DNA of 64,000 nt, taken from positions 1,918 through 65,917 of the forward strand of contig JAQIBY010000102.1 of the NCBI GenBank assembly GCA_027858835.1, written 5' to 3'. This DNA is from Bacteroidales bacterium. GTDB taxonomy: Bacteria; Bacteroidota; Bacteroidia; Bacteroidales; ML635J-15. A program made the position numbers and the translations under genes. Within the stretch, counting starts at the first letter, position 1; each line of letters opens with the position of its first letter. Below are positions 1 through 6,984 of the stretch, in pieces. The notes beneath the pieces were generated by a model. It made no database searches. It saw nothing but the letters and a program-made list of their open reading frames with translations, and was not told the DNA's origin.

Positions 1-1
1 G

Positions 2-328
2 CCTGAGTATATTGGTATGGCAGCCGCTGCGGCTATCAACAAATTTCTGGAACATTCCAATCTTTTTATTGGTGATATTATTGCCCAGGCAAAATCTGCA
101 TCGCAATTCCAACACCCACTAGTCGTTATGGCTTATGGAATCGATGGAATTGGTAAATCCGCTAAGGTTTATCTCGAAGATGCTGTTTCCGGATCTCAGT
201 ATGACAAAACAATCCAAAAATATTCCGGTGGAATTGCCATTACACCGCAAACAGGAGTTATGATTAAAGTTAATGCTGGTGAAAATCTTTCATTGACAAT
301 GAAATTGTCCGCAACCTGGACATTGTAA
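2..328 (+). CDS. C-terminal fragment of an abundant structural protein (capsid-like candidate); ORF is open to the window edge
   Basis: There is no stop between nt 2 and the ATG at 17. The C-terminus is beta-rich, and the strongest intrinsic terminator of the element follows. No family is recognisable by eye. Confidence 0.45.
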   Translation, partial: PEYIGMAAAAAINKFLEHSNLFIGDIIAQAKSASQFQHPLVVMAYGIDGIGKSAKVYLEDAVSGSQYDKTIQKYSGGIAITPQTGVMIKVNAGENLSLTMKLSATWTL

Positions 329-361
329 GTCGCAACTTTAAGTTTCCAATTACATGAATGA

Positions 362-399
362 AAGCCCAGCCCCGATTTTGGGATTGGGCTTTTTTTTTA
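362..399 (+). terminator. Rho-independent terminator
   Basis: AAGCCCA (362-368) pairs with TGGGCTT (385-391), with inner CCC/GGG pairs, followed by a T9 run. Confidence 0.7.
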
Positions 400-412
400 A
401 AAAAGCAACATT

Positions 413-991
413 ATGACACACGAGGAGTTAGTAACGAGAATGAAAACAGATCCGGCATTTGTCGTTTCGTTTATCATTCAAAATAATCCAAAACGAGTTT
501 ATGAAAATATGCTTGCAAATGGCATTGTCACTTCATTGAATGCTAATATAATGTATTCGGATTTAATGAAATTTGCGGCAAAAAAACCAGACACTGCAAT
601 TGCAATTTTAAATATTCCTATCCGGGAAACCGAAGAGCAAATGCACCTTACCGAAGCAGTTAAATCTGCCGGCATTTTTAATCCGGTTAGTTCTAAAAAT
701 TCAATTTATGATGACACGTTTAATCCAGATGATGTTTTTGATGAATATGAAGATCGGCCAGATGATCCCTCCTATTTTGAAGATGAAGAAACATCCGGGA
801 ACTGGAACTGGGATTGGATCGGAAATTTCTTTGGGGCCTTGGGTGGAGCTTTTCAAGCATTTGGACCCGGTCAACAGCCGCCACAAAATGAACCTGAAGA
901 CAGCAGTTCAAAGCCAAAATCAATGACAATCATTCTCATTGTCTTGTTAGTCGTTGCAATCATTGTCGGTATGATCTTCCTAAAAAAATAA
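413..991 (+). CDS. Tail-anchored membrane protein (soluble N-domain, acidic/Pro-rich linker, C-terminal TM)
   Basis: 192-aa ORF with a C-terminal hydrophobic helix MTIILIVLLVVAIIVGMIFL followed by KK. An acidic D/E/P stretch precedes it. Confidence 0.6.
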   Translation: MTHEELVTRMKTDPAFVVSFIIQNNPKRVYENMLANGIVTSLNANIMYSDLMKFAAKKPDTAIAILNIPIRETEEQMHLTEAVKSAGIFNPVSSKNSIYDDTFNPDDVFDEYEDRPDDPSYFEDEETSGNWNWDWIGNFFGALGGAFQAFGPGQQPPQNEPEDSSSKPKSMTIILIVLLVVAIIVGMIFLKK

Positions 992-994
992 GCC

Positions 995-1321
995 ATGAAA
1001 GAAATTTTGAAAAAATCAATACCTTATGTTTTAGTGCTTGCAGTACTTGGATTTGCTTATGCATTATATGATGCTTATAAAAAATCTCGCGACAAACAAG
1101 GCTGGATTAATGGCTTAAAACAATCATTGTCCTATTACAATGAAAACACAAATGAGTGGCGAACTGCGATCGGGTGGCAAGAAGAGCTCAATGAATTTGT
1201 TCGAAAGCAGGCGGCACTACCAAAATTTGAAGCTGCCACAATACCAGAAGTTGTTAGGACTAACATTGATTGGTCCTATAACACATCAAAACCATTAGAG
1301 CGAATATTCATCAAAGTTTAA
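995..1321 (+). CDS. Small membrane protein (N-terminal TM)
   Basis: 108-aa ORF starting 4 nt after the previous stop. The helix is IPYVLVLAVLGFAYALY. Confidence 0.6.
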   Translation: MKEILKKSIPYVLVLAVLGFAYALYDAYKKSRDKQGWINGLKQSLSYYNENTNEWRTAIGWQEELNEFVRKQAALPKFEAATIPEVVRTNIDWSYNTSKPLERIFIKV

Positions 1322-1337
1322 TTAATAATCTCTCATT

Positions 1338-1439
1338 ATGAAAATGAAAACAAGGACACCAGTTTTAGTCATTGCAGGAATTGCAATTGCAGCTGTAGCA
1401 GTATGGTATTTTTTCCTACGCGAAAAAGATACTGAGTAA
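1338..1439 (+). CDS. 33-aa single-TM mini-protein (below the ORF-track cutoff)
   Basis: ATG 1338 to TAA 1437-1439. It translates as MKMKTRTPVLVIAGIAIAAVAVWYFFLREKDTE and fills an otherwise empty gap in a tightly packed operon. Confidence 0.45.
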   Translation: MKMKTRTPVLVIAGIAIAAVAVWYFFLREKDTE

Positions 1440-1463
1440 TTAACCAAAAAAAAACAGTAGCTT

Positions 1464-1592
1464 ATGGAAGCAACAAACTTTTTAATGATCCTTGCCGGGA
1501 TCTTAATTGTCGGAATGTTTTACCTGGTCCTTAAAAAACCAGAAGTAAACGTTCAATTCACAAATCCTGAAACTGAAGATAGCGATGAATAA
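1464..1592 (+). CDS. 42-aa single-TM mini-protein (below the ORF-track cutoff)
   Basis: ATG 1464 to TAA 1590-1592. It translates as MEATNFLMILAGILIVGMFYLVLKKPEVNVQFTNPETEDSDE. Confidence 0.45.
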   Translation: MEATNFLMILAGILIVGMFYLVLKKPEVNVQFTNPETEDSDE

Positions 1593-1722
1593 TGAATTAC
1601 TGTCAACTCGTGTTAATGTAGTTCTCGAAAAAGAATCAATACTTTATCTAGCCGGCTCGTTGGCAGTTGCAGGAATTATAATTATTTTATTTTGGGGTAT
1701 CATTAAAAAAATGGCATCCTAA
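1585..1722 (+). CDS. 45-aa single-TM mini-protein (below the ORF-track cutoff)
   Basis: ATG 1585 overlaps the previous ORF end by 8 nt. It translates as MNNELLSTRVNVVLEKESILYLAGSLAVAGIIIILFWGIIKKMAS, with the stop at 1720-1722. Confidence 0.45.
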   Translation: MNNELLSTRVNVVLEKESILYLAGSLAVAGIIIILFWGIIKKMAS

Positions 1723-1740
1723 AGGGTGTCATTTTTTTTT
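1711..1740 (+). terminator. Rho-independent terminator or attenuator
   Basis: ATGGCATCC (1711-1719) pairs with GGGTGTCAT (1724-1732) using two G-U pairs, with a TAAA loop, followed by a T9 run. Confidence 0.5.
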
Positions 1741-1751
1741 AAAACTTGATT

Positions 1752-1997
1752 ATGGTAAAGGTAATTGATAGTACAACTGCAGGTAGTTTGCCAATTGGGG
1801 CGAAAAAAATATACATTCAAAATTTAAGCAAAAAGGATTCTGTTGTTTTGACATTTTTGAATTCGGCAAGTGATCATCAAATTTTGCAATTGCAACAAAA
1901 TGCAATTTTGAATTTTGAATACAATCAAAATTCTTATCCGGCAATGACATTTGCCTGTAATAATGATGCTAGAATTCAAATTATAGCTGTTTATTAA
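1752..1997 (+). CDS. Small soluble beta-rich protein (vertex/penton candidate)
   Basis: The ORF track starts at TTG 1746, but ATG 1752 is more likely. There is no TM, and alternating hydrophobic beta-like segments are present. It is one of only two non-membrane ORFs in the block. Confidence 0.5.
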   Translation: MVKVIDSTTAGSLPIGAKKIYIQNLSKKDSVVLTFLNSASDHQILQLQQNAILNFEYNQNSYPAMTFACNNDARIQIIAVY

Positions 1998-2008
1998 GAT
2001 TTAGAAAT

Positions 2009-3322
2009 ATGGGATTTGGAACTAGACAAAGCATAGATAGTATATTATTACGTAATGTAATGAGTGTTGATCCGTCATTAGAACAAAATGAGGCACAACA
2101 TTTATTCAAAACTTACGCGGCTGCAAAAAAGTACATATTAGATAACTTAGATCCAGCTAGTAACACAAATAAGTATTTAATAAGGCTACCAGCTGGGGAA
2201 ATAAATGCAGCTGTTGCCGGAACGGAAATTGTCGGTGAGGAAGGTTGCGTTCATTTGGAGGCAAATATAATTCTCAGCTGTAATGATGCTACGGTAGTGA
2301 CGTGTCCACTAAAAAGTAATGGTTTAGTCGCTGATTTAATGACAGAGGGATTTAGTTATCTTTTTGCGTTTTATATTAATGGTGGGATATTTAAATCTAT
2401 TGAAGGAACCGGCAATTTATTTTCATTTTCAAATTCTTTATTGTCAGGATTTAATTTAGATTCTTGTGGTTTGTACATGAATGATATAGTTGTTTCAGAA
2501 GGATTTTCAATTGATACATTAATGTTTTTATCTTATAATTCAACTTTCGAAGAATCTTTTAGTTTATCAATTTCTAAAGATGCATTTACAAATAGATTAA
2601 TTGGGTGTAATGGAGCAATTGAACTCGTAAATCCCTCAGATACTTCCGCATATGCGGAAATCGTAGTTTACAACAGTGAAATTATATATGTTAAAAATAA
2701 TGACACTTCATATTACTACAGCTTTGACTTTAAAAATTCAAATGTTTCTTTCGATGGTGAATTTAATTTAACAGTTTATGGAGACATTCATTCTCAATCA
2801 TCCATTATTAAAATAGAAGGCGATATTGTTTTCACTAAATTTGTTTACGATTATAATGGTACTATAACATCAAATGGGTCAAATCTAACATTTGAAAATT
2901 CTGCTTATCTTTTTAATCTTGAAATTATAGATGTTACTTTAAATCTCAATAATGCAGCAGCGATAATAAATGTAAGAGGATTGCTAACTGCCAATCTTTT
3001 TAATATTACTGCTGGCATATTGAGTATTAATAATCCAGAAAAAATCATTCAAATAGTTGCCGATGCAGCAAACTATGAGGTTCTTCCCGGAACTTTGCAA
3101 TTAAATGTAGCGAATACTCCTGTCAATGCGCAAACAATAGTATTAAAAGACTATATGAAAAGCCCTCAATTGAATTTATTTATTGCAGACACTGATGATG
3201 CCAGTATAAATAACATCACAATTGAAGATGGTTTGGGAAACACAATTTATACGATAAATGCAGCTCGTGGATATGTTAATATTACTTATTCAGAAGGATT
3301 AGCTGAATTTATTGCAAAATGA
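2009..3322 (+). CDS. Large soluble N/S/T/I-rich protein (spike or receptor-binding candidate)
   Basis: 437-aa ORF with no TM. Its composition is repetitive and beta-helix-like. It is the largest protein of the visible element. Confidence 0.55.
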   Translation: MGFGTRQSIDSILLRNVMSVDPSLEQNEAQHLFKTYAAAKKYILDNLDPASNTNKYLIRLPAGEINAAVAGTEIVGEEGCVHLEANIILSCNDATVVTCPLKSNGLVADLMTEGFSYLFAFYINGGIFKSIEGTGNLFSFSNSLLSGFNLDSCGLYMNDIVVSEGFSIDTLMFLSYNSTFEESFSLSISKDAFTNRLIGCNGAIELVNPSDTSAYAEIVVYNSEIIYVKNNDTSYYYSFDFKNSNVSFDGEFNLTVYGDIHSQSSIIKIEGDIVFTKFVYDYNGTITSNGSNLTFENSAYLFNLEIIDVTLNLNNAAAIINVRGLLTANLFNITAGILSINNPEKIIQIVADAANYEVLPGTLQLNVANTPVNAQTIVLKDYMKSPQLNLFIADTDDASINNITIEDGLGNTIYTINAARGYVNITYSEGLAEFIAK

Positions 3323-3340
3323 TAATTTAATAATAAAATA

Positions 3341-3592
3341 ATGCTAAACAGTCTATTCACAAACATATTAACACCTATTGCGATAATAGGCAACGTATTT
3401 GAAACCTTCACACAAGGCAATGTGCTTTCCGGCTTGCTAGCTTGTACTGTCGCTTTTCTTGTGATAATTTATTGGATCATCAGAATACAGCGCGAGTGGT
3501 GGCATCGATCAGATGAAAGAAAAGTTCGCATACGCAAAAAACCAAAAAAAACAATCAACAAAAAACAATCAACAATAAGCAATCAACAATAA
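3341..3592 (+). CDS. Membrane protein with a basic C-terminal tail that runs into heptad array A
   Basis: 83 aa with hydrophobic segments ILTPIAIIGNVF and LLACTVAFLVIIYWII. The stop TAA 3590-3592 lies inside a CAATAAG unit. Confidence 0.55.
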   Translation: MLNSLFTNILTPIAIIGNVFETFTQGNVLSGLLACTVAFLVIIYWIIRIQREWWHRSDERKVRIRKKPKKTINKKQSTISNQQ

Positions 3593-3631
3593 GCAATCAG
3601 CAATAAGCAATCAGCAATCAACAATCAACAA
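3552..3631 (+). repeat. Heptad iteron array A (about 11 units of CAAT[C/A]A[A/G])
   Basis: Units in order from 3552: CAATCAA, CAAAAAA, CAATCAA, CAATAAG, CAATCAA, CAATAAG, CAATCAG, CAATAAG, CAATCAG, CAATCAA, CAATCAA. Then CAA and ATG at 3632. Confidence 0.95.
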
Positions 3632-4174
3632 ATGACAAAAAAACATTACATATTTATCTTAATATTAATCTCCTGGCTATTTGGGTTAGGGCTCGGTTCT
3701 TATCTTGGTGAAAAACATGCCAAAACAGAAACCGAAACAATTTATTTAGATAAAATAGTAATTGAAAAAGATACGCTGTTAATTACAGATACAGTACAAA
3801 TGCCAATCCCGGCACGAGTTGATACAGTTCAGGTATTAAGAGAATTTCACACAAAGCGAATAATTCGAGATACCGTAATAAACAACGACACAGTATTAAT
3901 TGTCATTCGTGACACCGTATATCAAAACAAAATAATTAATCGTAGAGTTGACTATCAAAATTTAATGCCAGTTCCAGTTATTTTTAAAACTGCAAATACA
4001 TTTAGTGCCGGCTTGAATTTAAACACAATTAACGGTTTTGGATATGGCCCGGCAATAAATTACAATCACCAAAAATTAACCTGTGGCTTAACCGCAGACC
4101 TTAAAAATAAAATCATTTTAGGAACAATAACAATCAAAATATTTTCCAATCAACAATCAACAATCAACAATTAG
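3632..4174 (+). CDS. Membrane-anchored protein (N-terminal TM) bracketed by arrays A and B
   Basis: 180 aa with helix YIFILILISWLFGLGLGSYLG. The ATG directly follows array A. The stop TAG 4172-4174 lies inside a CAATTAG unit of array B. Confidence 0.6.
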   Translation: MTKKHYIFILILISWLFGLGLGSYLGEKHAKTETETIYLDKIVIEKDTLLITDTVQMPIPARVDTVQVLREFHTKRIIRDTVINNDTVLIVIRDTVYQNKIINRRVDYQNLMPVPVIFKTANTFSAGLNLNTINGFGYGPAINYNHQKLTCGLTADLKNKIILGTITIKIFSNQQSTINN

Positions 4175-4255
4175 CAATCAGCAATCAACAATCAACAATA
4201 AGCAATAAGCAATCAACAATTAGCAATTAGCAATCAACAATCAGCAATCAGCAAA
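4147..4255 (+). repeat. Heptad iteron array B (15 units)
   Basis: Exact 7-bp register from 4147 to 4251: CAATCAA x3, CAATTAG, CAATCAG, CAATCAA x2, CAATAAG x2, CAATCAA, CAATTAG x2, CAATCAA, CAATCAG x2. Then CAAA and ATG at 4256. Confidence 0.95.
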
Positions 4256-4348
4256 ATGGACACTAAAAAAATAATCGAAATACTAACAATAATCACAAGC
4301 TTATTAATAGTCATAAGCTATGTAATGAAATTTTTTAGAAATGAATAA
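4256..4348 (+). CDS. 30-aa single-TM mini-protein (below the ORF-track cutoff)
   Basis: The ATG immediately follows array B. It translates as MDTKKIIEILTIITSLLIVISYVMKFFRNE. The stop overlaps the next ATG (4341). Confidence 0.45.
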   Translation: MDTKKIIEILTIITSLLIVISYVMKFFRNE

Positions 4349-4718
4349 AATAAATTTCAAAATAAAAAAACCGGTACGATTTGCGATTCTTGCGATACTT
4401 GCAGTTTTTGTAATTGCCTTAATTGCATCACCAAAATTCCGGGATAAAATAAAACAGATCTTGCACGACTTGTTATTTAATCCACTGGGGTTTGATCCGT
4501 TTGGAATGGCTGAATCAAGTACTGACAACAACGACAATGGAGACAACTCAGATGATGAATCCGGGGGAGATGATGACACGATAAATCCCGGTGATAATTG
4601 GGGAGATGCAGGCGAACAAACCCCATGTGATCCTGATTTAATTGTGAGTGAATATTATGTTGGTGAAACTTTAGTTCATGAAAATGAATGTGGTGGTATT
4701 GTAGTATTCGCAAATTAA
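4341..4718 (+). CDS. Membrane-anchored protein with an acidic D/N/G-rich ectodomain
   Basis: 125 aa with helix VRFAILAILAVFVIALIAS followed by the run DNNDNGDNSDDESGGDDD. Confidence 0.6.
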   Translation: MNKINFKIKKPVRFAILAILAVFVIALIASPKFRDKIKQILHDLLFNPLGFDPFGMAESSTDNNDNGDNSDDESGGDDDTINPGDNWGDAGEQTPCDPDLIVSEYYVGETLVHENECGGIVVFAN

Positions 4719-4730
4719 AATTAATGAATT

Positions 4731-5117
4731 ATGAAAGCAAAGTATTGGCAAGTTTTAACAGTGTTTTTAGGTGTTTTAATATCCTGGTTCGTATTTCGGA
4801 GGTATAAGGTGTATTACTTCTATTCAGTTTTGACAGGTAGTGAAACATTAAGTTTTTTCTTTAAGCCTGTTGATTTTAATTCATTTAAAGAAATTCCAAA
4901 TAATTTCAAAAATGGTGAAATAGTAACAGTTGAGGAAAACGCAACAATACCTGATGGAATTAAAAGCAAAATAGGAAGTGGTTCTGAAAGATATAAACAT
5001 TTAATTATTGCTTTTTCTGCAAGTAATTACTTTAAGTTTTATAAGGAGCTTGAGGAATATTTCAACACGAAAAAACTATTGAAGTTTAACTTTAAATTTG
5101 AAGGTGGTTATGAGTAA
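4731..5117 (+). CDS. Membrane-anchored protein (N-terminal TM)
   Basis: 128 aa with helix WQVLTVFLGVLISWFVF. Confidence 0.55.
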   Translation: MKAKYWQVLTVFLGVLISWFVFRRYKVYYFYSVLTGSETLSFFFKPVDFNSFKEIPNNFKNGEIVTVEENATIPDGIKSKIGSGSERYKHLIIAFSASNYFKFYKELEEYFNTKKLLKFNFKFEGGYE

Positions 5118-5289
5118 AACAGGATCATTTTACCTTATGATGGCTGGAACATTGTTCTTGCCGGCGGTCGCTTATCTTGTGACAACGCAATTTAAGTTAG
5201 ACAAAAACTTACAGCTTCTAATTGTCATCTTAGCACTAGCTTTAGGTGGCGCATGGAGCGCAGGAATAATTGAAAAAACGGAGGATTAA
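5098..5289 (+). CDS. Two-TM mini-protein
   Basis: 63 aa with helices FYLMMAGTLFLPAVAYLV and LLIVILALALGGAWSAGII. It overlaps the previous ORF by 20 nt. Confidence 0.55.
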   Translation: MKVVMSKTGSFYLMMAGTLFLPAVAYLVTTQFKLDKNLQLLIVILALALGGAWSAGIIEKTED

Positions 5290-5291
5290 AT

Positions 5292-5918
5292 ATGGCAGGA
5301 TTTACTATAAGAGACAGTGATTTTAAAGGTCCTTTTTTTTGGACTGTTTATCGTAATAACTTTCTTAGCAATTTTCAGAAATATTATGAAGAAAATGACA
5401 AACTAAAAACATATGAGTGGTTTAATTCAGCAAAACAAAAAGCTGATGAATTAGGTGGAAAATGGGAGGTTAAAAAAATGAACGCGGCTAATGCAGCCAG
5501 TTACTCAGGAGGTACTGAATGGTCTGTTGATTTGGTGCCTGCAATGACATGGGATGAATACAGGGCTTATCCACTTTCTTGGAAAGCTAAAAGCATAATA
5601 AAGTTATTGCATGATAATGGATTTAATTGGAATACTTATCATGCTGATTTACGACACGCGTTCAATAATTGGTCTTATGCCGGAGTTCAGTATCCAATTG
5701 ACAAATCAAATGTTGAAAATTATATAGCATCACTTGAAGATTTATGGCAAGGCATATATGAGGATGAACCAGAAAATGTAAATGCTGGTTTTCCGGATCC
5801 TGTCGACCCGCCTGGTGGAAATGATCCATCACTTTCAAACATTTTTGCAATTAAAAATTTAGTCATTGTCGGTGCAATATTTCTGGTATTGATTTTTCTA
5901 ATTTATTTATACGCTTAA
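5292..5918 (+). CDS. Tail-anchored membrane protein (soluble W/Y-rich N-domain, acidic/Pro linker, C-terminal TM)
   Basis: 208 aa. The linker EDEPENVNAGFPDPVDPPGGNDP is followed by helix LVIVGAIFLVLIFLIYLYA at the extreme C-terminus. Confidence 0.6.
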   Translation: MAGFTIRDSDFKGPFFWTVYRNNFLSNFQKYYEENDKLKTYEWFNSAKQKADELGGKWEVKKMNAANAASYSGGTEWSVDLVPAMTWDEYRAYPLSWKAKSIIKLLHDNGFNWNTYHADLRHAFNNWSYAGVQYPIDKSNVENYIASLEDLWQGIYEDEPENVNAGFPDPVDPPGGNDPSLSNIFAIKNLVIVGAIFLVLIFLIYLYA

Positions 5919-5929
5919 AAAAATAAGAT

Positions 5930-6148
5930 ATGGTGGTACTAGCAGGATTAACAGCCGCACTCGGTGGAGTTTTTAAATTTCTTAATTACAGACAACAGAT
6001 GGACGCTGCACAAACAGCCGCTGAATACGAATTGCTTGCAAGGGCACAACAGCAGCAAACTCTGAAAATAATCATCATGGGATCCGTAATGGTAATGATG
6101 ATTGTTGTAATTGGTTGGGTATTAACATCAAAAATGAAAAATAAATGA
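5930..6148 (+). CDS. Two-TM mini-protein
   Basis: 72 aa with helices VVLAGLTAALGGVF and IIIMGSVMVMMIVVIGWVL. Its stop overlaps the next ATG. Confidence 0.55.
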   Translation: MVVLAGLTAALGGVFKFLNYRQQMDAAQTAAEYELLARAQQQQTLKIIIMGSVMVMMIVVIGWVLTSKMKNK

Positions 6149-6966
6149 AAAAGATTTTAAAATTTATTTTGCCGGTTATTATTCTGGCAATTGTCATTAT
6201 TGCGAAAATAAGCATTAGTGACAATGAGGCATTGATTGTTAACAGGCAATCAGATCCGAATTTACGTGTATTAGTCGTTGCCGGTCATGGTGAACAAATT
6301 AATTCATCATATCAAACAGCTGGTAAGCAATCCCCGACATGGGAAAACGGATTAAAAATTTACGAGGGCATCTCTAATAAGGATCTGGCTGAAAATTTAG
6401 TGATAAAATTAAAACATGCCGGCATTGATGCGCAAATCATAAATCCGGAGCTTCGAGATATAAGTTTACAAGCTCGCATAAATCGTATAAATACAATATA
6501 TAGTTACGATAAGCGATCAATAGCAATTTTCCTGCATCACAACGCACAAGCTTACAATAAAACAGCTGATTATTTTGATAAACAAAACTTATACGGCTGG
6601 ACATCAGCAGAGATAGGAGGTGCAACCGGCACGGAAATTTTCACAAGTAAAGGATTTACAAAAGCCGATCAGATTGCAAAATACATAGGAAATTCAATCA
6701 GCAATCAACAATCAGCAATTAGCAATCTAAAATTCCGCGGATTAAAAGAAGCGAATTTCTTTGTTTTAAAATACACATCTTGTCCTGCAGCATTGCTTGA
6801 ATTTGGCTTTATGACAACAAAGGTTCCTGATTGTATGGTGATCTCTGATTCGTTACACAGAGAAATTTATTTGCAATCAATAGTCTCCGGATTAAAACAA
6901 TATTCAAACTCAATCAGCAATCAACAATTAGCAATCAACAATCAACAATTAACAATTAACAATTAA
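6145..6966 (+). CDS. Membrane-anchored N-acetylmuramoyl-L-alanine amidase (Amidase_3-like), carrying array C internally and array D at its 3' end
   Basis: N-terminal helix ILPVIILAIVIIAKI. The amidase-3 landmarks are VVAGHGE, AIFLHHNA and ANFFVLKYTSCPAALLEFGFMT. The stop TAA 6964-6966 lies inside a CAATTAA unit. Confidence 0.75.
   Translation: MKKILKFILPVIILAIVIIAKISISDNEALIVNRQSDPNLRVLVVAGHGEQINSSYQTAGKQSPTWENGLKIYEGISNKDLAENLVIKLKHAGIDAQIINPELRDISLQARINRINTIYSYDKRSIAIFLHHNAQAYNKTADYFDKQNLYGWTSAEIGGATGTEIFTSKGFTKADQIAKYIGNSISNQQSAISNLKFRGLKEANFFVLKYTSCPAALLEFGFMTTKVPDCMVISDSLHREIYLQSIVSGLKQYSNSISNQQLAINNQQLTINN
6695..6729 (+). repeat. Heptad iteron array C (5 units), inside the amidase coding sequence
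   Basis: The units are CAATCAG, CAATCAA, CAATCAG, CAATTAG, CAATCTA. They are read through in frame as SISNQQSAISNL. Confidence 0.9.
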
Positions 6967-6984
6967 CAATTAACACTCAACAAT
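6911..6984 (+). repeat. Heptad iteron array D (10 units)
   Basis: The units are CAATCAG, CAATCAA, CAATTAG, CAATCAA x2, CAATTAA x4, CACTCAA. Then CAAT and ATG at 6985. Confidence 0.95.

Noticed and set aside
137-160. Walker-A-like string GIDGIGKS in the first (truncated) ORF, suggesting a packaging ATPase
   Set aside because: It lies only ~55 residues from the C-terminus, with no room for Walker B or sensor motifs. The surrounding sequence is beta-rich and not P-loop-like, so the match is probably by chance.
701-929. Overlapping ORFs 701-886 (-), 708-926 (+) and 720-929 (-) inside ORF 413-991, plus 7538-7738 inside 7342-7779
   Set aside because: They are alternative frames of better-supported longer ORFs and have odd composition with no independent start context.
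3552-4255. Possible CRISPR array, suggested by the dense short repeats
   Set aside because: The units are only 7 bp and directly contiguous, with no spacers. No cas genes are present, and the arrays overlap coding sequence.
5098-5117. 20-nt overlap between ORFs 4731-5117 and 5098-5289, considered as a programmed frameshift site
   Set aside because: The downstream ORF has its own ATG and encodes a self-contained two-TM protein. No slippery heptamer (X XXY YYZ) is present. Overlap coupling is the norm throughout this operon.
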